A stretch of DNA of 64,000 nt from Alphaproteobacteria bacterium (GTDB lineage: Bacteria > Pseudomonadota > Alphaproteobacteria > UBA6615), in NCBI GenBank assembly GCA_965261975.1, contig CBDHEC010000056.1:1-64000 (forward strand), given 5' to 3'. Below are positions 28,960 to 38,395 of the stretch, piece by piece. The notes beneath the pieces are model-generated. The model worked only from the letters and a program-made list of their open reading frames with translations. It was not told the DNA's origin and did no database searches. Made by a program: the position numbers and the translations under genes. Position 1 is the stretch's first letter; every line of letters begins with the position of its first letter.

Positions 28960-29376
28960 ATGAGCAGCGACGGCGACTCCAAAATTGCGAAAACCGATGA
29001 GGAATGGCGCCAGGAATTGACGCCGGAGCAGTACCAAATTACCCGGCTGGCAGGTACTGAGCGCCCGTTTACCGGCAAATATCACGATTCCAAGGACCCC
29101 GGCACGTTCCACTGCGTATGTTGCGACACGCCGTTGTTCAACTCCGGTGAGAAATACGATTCCGGCACCGGATGGCCCAGTTTCTGGCAACCGGTGACGG
29201 AAGACGCGGTGGAAACCAAGGTCGACCGGGCCTATGGGATGGTTCGCAACGAAGTGGTGTGCGCGAAGTGTGACGCCCATCTCGGTCATGTTTTTCCCGA
29301 TGGACCGCCGCCGACGGGCCTGCGCTACTGCATGAATTCGGCCTCGCTCGACCTGAAATCCGAAGACGAAGGCTAG
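28960..29376 (+). CDS. msrB: peptide-methionine (R)-S-oxide reductase
   Basis: [42 protein letters not shown]. Confidence 0.95.
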   Translation: MSSDGDSKIAKTDEEWRQELTPEQYQITRLAGTERPFTGKYHDSKDPGTFHCVCCDTPLFNSGEKYDSGTGWPSFWQPVTEDAVETKVDRAYGMVRNEVVCAKCDAHLGHVFPDGPPPTGLRYCMNSASLDLKSEDEG

Positions 29377-30365
29377 CGTTTCGTAAAACGTGTCTGCGGG
29401 TCGCCCTGGTCGGCGCCCGACGGCAGGTCCCGTGCCGGGTCTTCGATCCAGCTCAGGATATCGTTCAACACCACATCGCCCTGCAGATCGCGCAGCAGCA
29501 TGTGATAGCCGTCCTCGTAGACGGCGATCCGCCGCTGGCTGTCGGGGGCGTCGGGCAGGCCGGCGATCATCTTGCGTGACGCATCCGGCGGCACGATGTC
29601 GTCGTTCGCCCCATATAAAAGCAGCGCGGGGGCATCGAAGGCCGGCGAGGCATCGAGGGCTTCGTCCATGAGGTTGACGATCCCCCAGATGGCATCGACC
29701 CGCGTGTTCTTGATCACCAGCGGGTCTTTGCCGAGCGCGCGCAGCATCTCGATATTGTCCGAGGGGTTGCGCTTGATGCCCTGACCGCTGAGCGGCAGCC
29801 ACGGCATGGTATGGGCGAACAGCCAAAGACTCATGGATTGGTAGAAGGGCATCGTCACGCGACCCCATACCGCCGGCGCCACGAGGATCAACCCGTCGGC
29901 GTCCATGCCGGTCTCCGTCCAGGCCGACATCAGCACCGCCCCGCCCATGCTCTCACCCATGGCATAGACACGCGCGCCGGGATACTCCGCCCGCGCGGCC
30001 TCGATCGCGGCGCGCGCGTCGCCGCGCAGCCGGTTACCGCCGGGCCATGCGCCGGCATTCTCCGATGCGCCGAAACCGCGCTGGTCGTAGGCCAGGGTCG
30101 CGATCCCGTTCTCGGCCAGGCGCGGCCCGATCTCTGCGAACGCGTTCGAATAGTCGTTGAACCCGTGCAGGGTCACGATCACCGCGTGCGGGGTGGTCTC
30201 GGGCAGCCAGCGGCGCAGGGGCAACCGGGTGCCGTCGGGTGTGATGAAATGGGTCTCGGTCAGGTATGGCGGCATCGGTGTCTCGGCAAGGGGCCCGGGC
30301 TCCTGTATGCGCGGCGCGCAGGCCGCCAACAAGGCGAGCAGGAAGAGGGTGAAACGAAACCTCAT
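29373..30365 (-). CDS. alpha/beta hydrolase (lysophospholipase-like lipoprotein)
   Basis: Lipobox [30 protein letters not shown]. Confidence 0.88.
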   Translation of the reverse strand: MRFRFTLFLLALLAACAPRIQEPGPLAETPMPPYLTETHFITPDGTRLPLRRWLPETTPHAVIVTLHGFNDYSNAFAEIGPRLAENGIATLAYDQRGFGASENAGAWPGGNRLRGDARAAIEAARAEYPGARVYAMGESMGGAVLMSAWTETGMDADGLILVAPAVWGRVTMPFYQSMSLWLFAHTMPWLPLSGQGIKRNPSDNIEMLRALGKDPLVIKNTRVDAIWGIVNLMDEALDASPAFDAPALLLYGANDDIVPPDASRKMIAGLPDAPDSQRRIAVYEDGYHMLLRDLQGDVVLNDILSWIEDPARDLPSGADQGDPQTRFTKR

Positions 30366-31363
30366 GCGGTGTTCGCGTCGCCCCGGGTCAGGGCCAGGAA
30401 CACGTCTTCCAGATCGGGCTCCTCGGTGGAAAGGTCCGCCATCGCGAGGCCCGCCGTCGACACCGCGTCGAGAATTTCCCGGACTTCGGTTTCGCGCGTG
30501 CGGTAGCGAAAGGTCAGGGTTCGGGCGTTGGTTTGTTCCACGTTGAAGCAGCGCAATGAATCCGGCAGCTCGGCGAGGTCCGCGGTGACCGTGATGCGCA
30601 GTTCCTTGTTGTCGAGCCGCTCGACGAGCGCGCGGGTCTCGTCACACGCGATGACCTGGCCTTCATTGATGATCGCGATCCGGTCGCACAGCTCTTCGGC
30701 TTCTTCCAGATAGTGGGTGGTCAGCACGACCGTGGTGCCGTTCTCGTTGAGCTCGCGCACGAAGGCCCAGAGCGACTGGCGCAATTCGATATCCACCCCG
30801 GCGGTGGGCTCGTCGAGGACCAGCACCGGCGGGTTGTGGACCAGCGCCTTGGCCACCAGCAGCCGGCGGCGCATGCCGCCCGACAGGGAACGGGAATAGG
30901 CCTCCGACTTGTCGGCCAGCCCGACCCGTTCGAGGATTTCCGCGGTGCGCCGTTCGGCCGGCGGCACGCCATAGAAACCGGCCTGCACTTCCAGCATCTC
31001 GCGCGGGCTGAAGAAGGCATCCAGGTTGAGCTCCTGGGGCACCACCCCGATCGCAGCCCGGGCCTGGCGTGGTTCCCGGTCGATGTCGATGCCCCAGACC
31101 TTCGCCGTTCCGCCGGATTTGATCACCAGCCCGGCGAGGATGTTGATGAAGGTCGACTTGCCCGCCCCGTTCGGCCCCAGCAGCCCGAAGATGCCGCCGC
31201 GCGGCACCTCCAGATCGACCGACTTGAGGGCGTGCACCCGGTTGCCGCCGTCGCCCCGGTAGGTCTTGTCCACGCCCGTGGCCGAGATCGCCAGGTCCGG
31301 CAACGCGCCTTGCGGGGCGTCCTTGGCGCTGCCGGTGTCGGCGGGTGTGTCGTAAGGGGTCAT
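30362..31363 (-). CDS. ABC transporter ATP-binding protein (YadG-like)
   Basis: GPNGAGKST, LSGGMRRR, VLDEPTAGVD, TTHYLEEAE. Confidence 0.9.
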   Translation of the reverse strand: MTPYDTPADTGSAKDAPQGALPDLAISATGVDKTYRGDGGNRVHALKSVDLEVPRGGIFGLLGPNGAGKSTFINILAGLVIKSGGTAKVWGIDIDREPRQARAAIGVVPQELNLDAFFSPREMLEVQAGFYGVPPAERRTAEILERVGLADKSEAYSRSLSGGMRRRLLVAKALVHNPPVLVLDEPTAGVDIELRQSLWAFVRELNENGTTVVLTTHYLEEAEELCDRIAIINEGQVIACDETRALVERLDNKELRITVTADLAELPDSLRCFNVEQTNARTLTFRYRTRETEVREILDAVSTAGLAMADLSTEEPDLEDVFLALTRGDANTA

Positions 31364-31499
31364 GGCGTTCGTTTTGTCGGCGCAGAAAGAAGGTTCGGAA
31401 GATGTTGTCGCGATCAAGCGCTTCGCCTATGTATGGCGTCCACGCGTGCGGCACAACCGCTCGCGTATGTGATGTCGCCAGTCTGGGAGTTCGCCCACC

Positions 31500-31679
31500 A
31501 TGCAGCCGCCCGAAATCATCGAGGTCGACAGCCGCGAGATCGCCTGTGACGGCGGCGCCGGCGCGCTCGGCCATCCGCGCGTGTTCCTGAACATGGGCGA
31601 CAAGAATCAGATCGACTGCCCCTATTGCGGCCGTCAGTTCGTGCTGTCCGCCGACGCGCCCGCGTCCGCCGGGCATTGA
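31500..31679 (+). CDS. zf-CHCC zinc-finger protein (59 aa, below the ORF track cut-off)
   Basis: MQPPEIIEVDSREIACDGGAGALGHPRVFLNMGDKNQIDCPYCGRQFVL. Confidence 0.88.
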   Translation: MQPPEIIEVDSREIACDGGAGALGHPRVFLNMGDKNQIDCPYCGRQFVLSADAPASAGH

Positions 31680-32239
31680 TCACACCCGACCCGACGCTTC
31701 CCGCACCGCTCGTGACCGGGCGCATGGTGCTCGTGCCCGTGGGCCGGGACCTGGCCCGCGCCCTCCTGGCCGACCGCAAGCAGGCGGCGGAGCTGGCCAA
31801 CGGCGCCATTCATCGCGATTTCCCCGATACGGAGCTGGCGGCCAAGCTGCCGGCCTTCGCCCAGCGCCTCGATGACGCGGCCAACCCCGCCCTCGGCCGC
31901 ACCGCGCCGACCGATCCCGCAGGCTGGGGTCTCTGGCTGTTCCGCTACACCACCGAGCGCATGATCGTCGGGGCGGCGTCCTTCACCGGCCCGCCCAACG
32001 CCTCGGGCGAGGTCGAGCTCGGCTATCAGATCGTGCCCGCCCATCGCCGCCGCGGCCTTACGGTCGAGGGTTGCGCGGCCCTCATCGCCTGGGCATTTCA
32101 TGATTCCGCCACCACGGCGGTGGTCGCCGATTGCGCGGAAACCAACACGGCCTCGGTCCGCACGTTGCAGAAGCTGGGCTTTACCCATGAACGCACGGCC
32201 CGCGATCGCTTCCACTGGCGGCTCGCCAGGCCGTCGTGA
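31676..32239 (+). CDS. RimJ/RimL-type GNAT acetyltransferase
   Basis: VELGYQIVPAHRRRG, NTASVRTLQKLGF; TTG start overlaps the upstream stop. Confidence 0.8.
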   Translation: MITPDPTLPAPLVTGRMVLVPVGRDLARALLADRKQAAELANGAIHRDFPDTELAAKLPAFAQRLDDAANPALGRTAPTDPAGWGLWLFRYTTERMIVGAASFTGPPNASGEVELGYQIVPAHRRRGLTVEGCAALIAWAFHDSATTAVVADCAETNTASVRTLQKLGFTHERTARDRFHWRLARPS

Positions 32240-32316
32240 GAGGGCGGGCCTGACATTTCGTCTCATTGGACAAGTCTGGCCTATACTGCAAGCAAACGCA
32301 TTGGGGAGAAGGACAG

Positions 32317-32949
32317 ATGGCCGACTACACGCTTTATGGGCACCCGCGCTCGGGCAACGCCTACAAGACCGCGCTGATGCTGTCGCTGACCGGCACCGCG
32401 TATGACTTCGAGCCGGTCGATCTGATGGATGGCGGCAACCTCACGCCCGAATATCTCAAGGTCAATCCGCTGGGCAAGGTGCCCGCGCTGCGCCATGGCG
32501 ATGTGCTGTTGCGCCAGAGCCACGACACCATGCGCTACCTCATCGAGCAGACCGGACAATTCGGCCCGGCGAACTGGGACGAGGAGGCGCGGATCGGCGA
32601 CTGGGTCGGTTTCGCGGTGGATTTCTTCGGCTACGGCCTCGCCCGGCTGCGTTTCGAGCTCCTGTTCGGCGCCGGCCCGGGGCCGATCTTCGATTATTTC
32701 AAGACCACCGCCGACCGTGGCCTGGGCATCATCGAGCCCCATCTGGCCGCCAATGAATGGCTGGCCTGCGGCCGGCCGACCATCGCCGATATCGCCTGCT
32801 ACCCGGTGTCGAGCTTCCTCACCGATGCCGGCTACGACGCGGCGGACTATCCAGGCCTGACCGCCTGGCAGGACAGGTTCCGCGCGCTGCCGGGCTTCGG
32901 CACCCAGATCGAGCTGATGCCAATCGAAAACTGGCCGCCGGCGGACTAG
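32317..32949 (+). CDS. glutathione S-transferase
   Basis: SGNAYK, VNPLGKVPAL, RPTIADIACY. Confidence 0.88.
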   Translation: MADYTLYGHPRSGNAYKTALMLSLTGTAYDFEPVDLMDGGNLTPEYLKVNPLGKVPALRHGDVLLRQSHDTMRYLIEQTGQFGPANWDEEARIGDWVGFAVDFFGYGLARLRFELLFGAGPGPIFDYFKTTADRGLGIIEPHLAANEWLACGRPTIADIACYPVSSFLTDAGYDAADYPGLTAWQDRFRALPGFGTQIELMPIENWPPAD

Positions 32950-32968
32950 TCGCCAGGACTCTCGATTC

Positions 32969-33712
32969 CTAAAACGTCTCCGTCCACGGTCGCAGGTCCA
33001 GCTCGTGGGTCCAGGCGCTGCGGGGCTGGGCGTGGACCTGCCAGAAGGCCTCGGCGATGGCGTCCGGGTCGAGCATCGTGTCGCTGCCGCCGCGCGCGTC
33101 GATCTCCGCGACCCGCTCGGGCATGCCCTCGCGAATTTTTTCCCCGTCGATGGCGCCGTCCACCACGATGTGAGCCACATGCACGCCCTTCGGCCCGTAT
33201 TCCCGCGCGGCTGATTGCGAGACCATGCGCAGCCCCGCCTTGGCCGCCGCGAAGGCCGCGTGACCGTCGGCGCCGCGCAGCGACCCCGTCGCGCCGGTGA
33301 ACAAGAGCGACCCGCCGCCGCTCGCGGCCATGCGCCGGGTGGCTTCGCGGCTGACCAGAAACCCGCCGAAGCAGGACACCCGCCAGAGATGCTCGAACAG
33401 CCAGGCCTCGGTCTCGGCCAGGGGGTGGCGCACGTTGGCCCCCGGGTTGAAGGTCACGCTTCGGATGGGCGCGTGGTCGGCTTCCACCGCATCGAACAGG
33501 GCGGCCACCTCGTCTTCCTTGCGCACGTCGAGCACGTGGATCGAGGCGCTGCCCCCGGCGTCGGTGATCTCCGCCGCGCGTTCTTCGAGGCGCTCTTCCG
33601 TCCGCCCGGCCAGCACCGTGTGCAGCCCGCCGGCGGCAAACCTTCGCGCGACGGCGGCCCCTGTGCCCCGTTCGGCGCCGACGCCGATGATGATCGCAGT
33701 TTCGTCCGTCAT
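32969..33712 (-). CDS. short-chain dehydrogenase/reductase
   Basis: GVGAERGTG, FTGATGSLRG, FAAAKAGLR, HVAHIVVDG, QPRSAWTHELDLRP. Confidence 0.88.
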   Translation of the reverse strand: MTDETAIIIGVGAERGTGAAVARRFAAGGLHTVLAGRTEERLEERAAEITDAGGSASIHVLDVRKEDEVAALFDAVEADHAPIRSVTFNPGANVRHPLAETEAWLFEHLWRVSCFGGFLVSREATRRMAASGGGSLLFTGATGSLRGADGHAAFAAAKAGLRMVSQSAAREYGPKGVHVAHIVVDGAIDGEKIREGMPERVAEIDARGGSDTMLDPDAIAEAFWQVHAQPRSAWTHELDLRPWTETF

Positions 33713-33802
33713 GGAAACGCCTCCGTTCGCTCGCGCCGGTTGTACACAGGCCACCGGCAGCACGGCCTGTCTGGGCGTGCGGAATCGCGTTAAAATTAGC
33801 CC

Positions 33803-36700
33803 ATGGCAGCCAAGAAAACATCCGCGGGCGACAGCCCTGCGCGTCTCTACCTGATCGACGGGTCGGGTTTCATCTTCCGGGCCTTCCATTCGAGCCCGCT
33901 CGACGCCTTCAAGCGCTCCGACGGCGTCCACACCAATGCGGTGAACGGCTACGTCAACATGCTGCTCAAGCTGATCGACCGGGCCCATGACGACGGGGCG
34001 CTGGATTACATGGCGGTTATCTTTGACGCCGCGCGGAAGAACTTCCGCAACGACATCTACCCCGAATACAAGGCCAACCGGGACGAGCCGCCCGAGGAGC
34101 TGCGGCCCCAGTTCCAGCTCGTGCGCGACGCGACCGTGGCGTTCGGCCTGCCCGCCATCGTCAAGGAGGGCTTCGAGGCCGACGATTTGATTGCCACCTA
34201 TGCGCGCGAGGCCGAGGCCCAGGGCATCGAGACGGTCGTGGTCTCGTCGGACAAGGACCTCATGCAGCTGGTGCGTGACCGGGTGCACATGCTCGACCCC
34301 ATGAAGGACATCGTCATCGGCGAGGACGAGGTGATGGACAAGTTCGGCGTCACCCCGGACAAGGTGGTGGACGTGCAATCGCTCGCCGGCGATTCCACCG
34401 ACAACGTGCCCGGCGTGCCGGGCATCGGCGTGAAGACCGCCGCACTGCTGATCAACGAGTATGGCGACCTCGACACGCTTCTCGACCGCGCGGAAGAGAT
34501 CAAACAGAACAAGCGCCGGGAAAACCTGATCGAGTTCGCCGATCTGGCGCGGGTCAGCCGCGACCTGGTGCGCCTGAAAGACGATGTGGAGACCGAGCAC
34601 GAGATCGAGGATTTCGCGCTGAAGGATCCCGACCCGGCCACGGTCATCGAGTTCCTCCAGGCGATGGAGTTCCGCACGCTCACCCAGCGCGTCGAAAGCC
34701 GGTTCGTGGCCAGCGGGCTGATCGACGCCGCCGAGACCCAGGCCGCGCTCGCGGCCGAGGCCCCCAGCGAGGACGAATACGAGCTGGTGCAGGACGAGAA
34801 ACCCCTGAAGGCCTGGATCGAAGGCGCGCGGGACGCGGGCGTGGTCGCCTTCGACACCGAGACCACCTCGCTCAATGCCATGCGGGCGGAACTGGTGGGG
34901 TATTCCCTGTCCTATGCGCCGGGCCGGGCCTGTTACGTGCCCGTCGGCCATGTGGAACCCCAATCCGACGACGAGGAGCTCGACCTGCTCGGTGAGCCTG
35001 TCGCTGACAGCGAGAAGGCAAACGGCAAATCGAATGGAAAATCCAACGGCACGCTCAAGCAGATCGACATCGCCAAGGCCCTCAAGCCCCTGAAGGACCT
35101 GCTCGAGGACCCGTCGGTCCTCAAGGTCGCTCACAACGCCAAATATGATCTGCTGGTGCTGGCCCGCGCGGTCGAGAAGCATCTGCCGAAAGCCAAGCCG
35201 CTGGCCCCCGTCGCCATCGACGACACGATGCTGCTCTCCTATGTGCTCGACGCCGGGCGCAACAAGCACGGGCTGGACGACCTGACCTTCCGCCATCTCG
35301 AACGTGAGAACATCAAGTTCGAGGACGTCGTCGGCAAGGGCCGGAACAAGATCACCTTCGAGGAAGTCCCGCTCGACAAGGCGCTGGACTACGCCGCCGA
35401 AGACGCCGACGTCACCGGCCGGCTGCATGCCCGCTTCAGGCCGCGGTTACCCGGTGAGCGCATGACCTCGGTTTATGAGACCATCGAGCGGCCGCTCGTG
35501 CCGGTGATCGTCGACATGGAGCGGGCGGGCATCAAGGCCGACGCCGAGACGCTGATGGATCTGTCGAAGGACTTCGCCAAGCGCATGGCGCGCCTCGAGA
35601 AGAAGGCCCACAAGGTGGCGGGCGAGGAGTTCAACGTCGGCTCGCCCAAGCAGCTCGGCGAGATCCTGTTCGACAAGCTCGGCATCGAGGGAGGCAAGAA
35701 AGGCAAGACCGGCGCCTACACCACCTCGGCCGACGTGCTGGAGGACCTCGCGGCCCAGGGCCATGAGCTGCCGCAGATCGTGCTCGACTGGCGCCAGATG
35801 CAGAAGCTCAAATCCACCTACGCCGACGCGCTGGTGGAGCAGATCCACCCCGAGACGGGCCGGGTCCACACCTCCTACGGCATGGCCATCGCCCAGACCG
35901 GTCGGCTGTCGTCCAACGACCCGAACCTGCAGAACATCCCGGTTCGCACCGAGGAAGGCCGCAAGATCCGCGCGGCCTTCGTCGCCGGCAAGGGCAAAAA
36001 GCTGGTGAGTTTGGACTACTCCCAGATCGAGCTCCGGGTCGTCGCCCATGTGGCGGGCGAGGAAGCGCTGATCGCCGCCTTCCAGGACGGCCAGGACATC
36101 CACGCCATGACCGCCAGCCAGGTCTTCGACGTGCCGCTGGAAGGCATGGATCCCATGGTCCGGCGCAACGCCAAGGCCATCAACTTCGGCATCATCTACG
36201 GGATTTCCGCCTTCGGCCTCGCCCGCAACCTCGGCATCGAGCGCGGCGAGGCGGGGGCCTACATCAAGGCCTATTTCGAGCGCTACCCGGCCATCAAGCA
36301 GTATATGGACGAGACCAAGGCCTTCGCCCACGAGGCGGGCTTCGTCGAAACTATTTTTGGCCGCCGCATCTACCTGACCGGCATCAAGGACAAGAACCAG
36401 GCGGTGCGCGGCTTCGCCGAGCGCCAGGCGATCAACGCGCCGATCCAGGGCGCGGCCGCCGACATCATCAAGCGGGCGATGATCCGCGTGCCCGATGCGC
36501 TGGCGAAGAAAAAACTCTCATCGACCATGCTGCTGCAGGTGCATGACGAGCTGCTGTTCGAGGCGCCCGCGGGCGAGGTGGACGAGCTGATCGCGGTGGT
36601 CCGCGACGTGATGGAGGGCGCGGCCGCCCCCGTCGTCAACATGGCCGTGCCGCTGGTGGCCGACGCGGGCATCGGTGACACCTGGGACGAGGCGCACTAG
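33803..36700 (+). CDS. polA: DNA polymerase I
   Basis: LIDGSGFIFRAFH, FDTETT, TGRLSSNDPNLQNIP, DYSQIELR, AKAINFGIIYG, LLQVHDEL. Confidence 0.97.
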   Translation: MAAKKTSAGDSPARLYLIDGSGFIFRAFHSSPLDAFKRSDGVHTNAVNGYVNMLLKLIDRAHDDGALDYMAVIFDAARKNFRNDIYPEYKANRDEPPEELRPQFQLVRDATVAFGLPAIVKEGFEADDLIATYAREAEAQGIETVVVSSDKDLMQLVRDRVHMLDPMKDIVIGEDEVMDKFGVTPDKVVDVQSLAGDSTDNVPGVPGIGVKTAALLINEYGDLDTLLDRAEEIKQNKRRENLIEFADLARVSRDLVRLKDDVETEHEIEDFALKDPDPATVIEFLQAMEFRTLTQRVESRFVASGLIDAAETQAALAAEAPSEDEYELVQDEKPLKAWIEGARDAGVVAFDTETTSLNAMRAELVGYSLSYAPGRACYVPVGHVEPQSDDEELDLLGEPVADSEKANGKSNGKSNGTLKQIDIAKALKPLKDLLEDPSVLKVAHNAKYDLLVLARAVEKHLPKAKPLAPVAIDDTMLLSYVLDAGRNKHGLDDLTFRHLERENIKFEDVVGKGRNKITFEEVPLDKALDYAAEDADVTGRLHARFRPRLPGERMTSVYETIERPLVPVIVDMERAGIKADAETLMDLSKDFAKRMARLEKKAHKVAGEEFNVGSPKQLGEILFDKLGIEGGKKGKTGAYTTSADVLEDLAAQGHELPQIVLDWRQMQKLKSTYADALVEQIHPETGRVHTSYGMAIAQTGRLSSNDPNLQNIPVRTEEGRKIRAAFVAGKGKKLVSLDYSQIELRVVAHVAGEEALIAAFQDGQDIHAMTASQVFDVPLEGMDPMVRRNAKAINFGIIYGISAFGLARNLGIERGEAGAYIKAYFERYPAIKQYMDETKAFAHEAGFVETIFGRRIYLTGIKDKNQAVRGFAERQAINAPIQGAAADIIKRAMIRVPDALAKKKLSSTMLLQVHDELLFEAPAGEVDELIAVVRDVMEGAAAPVVNMAVPLVADAGIGDTWDEAH

Positions 36701-36815
36701 GCCCAGGCCTGCTCCGAGCGCCGCAACCCCTACTGAGCAAGGGTTTCGGTTCCGATTTTCCTTGAAGTGATCCTCCGGCATCCCCATGTGAAGTGGGTAG
36801 CAATGAGAGGAGCAC

Positions 36816-37220
36816 ATGAACTGTATGCGAAATACACGAGCCCGTTGGAACCCCTTTTCCATCGCGATCATGGTCGTCGGTTTCCTGATTGCATGGCCCG
36901 TTGGGCTGGCGGTTCTGGCCTACATCCTGTGGGGCGATAACATGCGCACGGCGTTCGACGAGCTTCGCTTCAAGTGGGGTACGTCCCGCGCGAGCGACAG
37001 CGGCAACACCGCCTTCAACGAGCACCGCGAGCGCGAGCTGAACCGGCTCGAGGAAGAGCGGCGCAAGCTCGACGCGATGCGCGAGGAGTTCGACCGCTTC
37101 ATGCACGAGCTGCGGCGCGCCAAGGACAAGGACGAGTTCGATCGCTTCATGTCCAAACGCGGCAAGCGCGGCGATGACAAGCGAGACGATAGCGGCTTCG
37201 GAGAGCCTGCGCCGGCATAA
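36816..37220 (+). CDS. DUF2852 family protein
   Basis: WPVGLAVLAYILWG, SGNTAFNEHRE, LRRAKDKDEFDRFM. Confidence 0.8.
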   Translation: MNCMRNTRARWNPFSIAIMVVGFLIAWPVGLAVLAYILWGDNMRTAFDELRFKWGTSRASDSGNTAFNEHRERELNRLEEERRKLDAMREEFDRFMHELRRAKDKDEFDRFMSKRGKRGDDKRDDSGFGEPAPA

Positions 37221-37251
37221 GGCCGCACATATCGCAAGCACATGAGTGACA

Positions 37252-37279
37252 GGGCGGAGCCAATGGCTCCGCCTTTTTT
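37252..37279 (+). terminator. intrinsic terminator
   Basis: ggcggagcc-aat-ggctccgcc followed by tttttt. Confidence 0.8.
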
Positions 37280-37285
37280 ATGGCT

Positions 37286-38395
37286 CTAGGTCCAGAAGTT
37301 GTCGCCTTCGGCCGGGCGCAGCCGCCAGTTTTCGACATCCCGCCACTTGTCGTCGGCGAGGTCCGTGCCCCGGGCGGGACGGCACAAGAAGTTGAGCTGC
37401 CCCATGGCGATGAGGCCGGCGCGGCGCATGGCCTGTTGCTCGGCCGGGTCGGCGGTGCACACCTCGACCGCATCCGGGCCGGACCGGGCCGCCGCGCCGA
37501 CCGCGAGGGTCAGCAGGTCGGGCTCGGGGAGCGTGTCGGGGTCGAAGCTCATCCAGTCCTGCACCGAGGCGATGGTGACATTCTTTACGTGGCGCTGGGT
37601 CACGTCGTCGAAATGGCGCTGCTTGGTCAGCACGTAGCCGACGACCGTGTCTGATTTCCGCACCAGGAACAGGTCGGTCCGCCGGGTCGGCACGTCGTTG
37701 AACTCGGTCGCGAGAAGCCAGTTGATCCAGGCGGGCGAGCGGTGGGGCGCCGCGCCATTCGGCGTGATGAATTTGCTCGCGAGATCCTCGGGCATCCGTT
37801 CGACCGCCTCGAGCGTGTATCCCTTGGGAGTAGGCGCGAGCGCCCGGCGCAGGGCGAAGGCGACGTCGGCGACCGGCGCGAGGATCGCGGCGAGTAGCTC
37901 GGACTTCAGATAGGCCGCGAGGAACCGCCGCGAGCGGCGCACCTGCACGAAGCGCGGCAGGGAGAGGTTCGCCCAGCGGAGATTGCTGTAAAGCGGCAGC
38001 GCGATCTGGGAGACGCCGAACGCGCCGATCCAGCCGCCCACCGTCTGCATCTTCATGGCGAGCATCAGGCCAACCCCGGTCGCCCGGTGCTTTTCGGGCA
38101 CGCCCAGCGCCGAGCCCCAGACCACCGGGTGGGGTTCGCCTTCGATGGTGATCTCGCCGGGGAACAGGTCGACCTTGCCGACGACCCGCCGCGTGCCATC
38201 CTCGGCGACCGTCAGGCCGACGAGCTGGGTCACGTCGTCGTCGCTGCCCAGCGGGTTCGCGAGCAACGCCTCGCGCTTATAGGGGGGCAGGGCGGCGAGC
38301 CCGTCCGGGTCTACCTCGGATGTGTGCAGATGCGCGTCGTTGCCGGCGCGCAAGTCGCCGCGGGTGACGATCTCGATCGAGAGTTTCGCGCTCAG
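37286..38395 (-). CDS. hypothetical protein, GNAT-like fold (start uncertain)
   Basis: Long open frame with WGSALGVPEKHRATGVG (acyl-CoA motif A-like) and HRSPAWINW; follows the ANL ligase directly. Confidence 0.6.
   Translation of the reverse strand: MSAKLSIEIVTRGDLRAGNDAHLHTSEVDPDGLAALPPYKREALLANPLGSDDDVTQLVGLTVAEDGTRRVVGKVDLFPGEITIEGEPHPVVWGSALGVPEKHRATGVGLMLAMKMQTVGGWIGAFGVSQIALPLYSNLRWANLSLPRFVQVRRSRRFLAAYLKSELLAAILAPVADVAFALRRALAPTPKGYTLEAVERMPEDLASKFITPNGAAPHRSPAWINWLLATEFNDVPTRRTDLFLVRKSDTVVGYVLTKQRHFDDVTQRHVKNVTIASVQDWMSFDPDTLPEPDLLTLAVGAAARSGPDAVEVCTADPAEQQAMRRAGLIAMGQLNFLCRPARGTDLADDKWRDVENWRLRPAEGDNFWT

Noticed and set aside
28960-29376. MsrB (and the AhpD-like gene at 42291) as additional selenoproteins
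   Set aside because: Both have ordinary Cys codons and no in-frame TGA.
32969-35428. 819-aa minus-strand ORF and other long antisense ORFs (e.g. 10759-12927, 52252-53949, and the upstream part of 3717-5642)
   Set aside because: Shadow frames of real GC-rich genes; only the 3' portions matching SDR and CbiX are retained.
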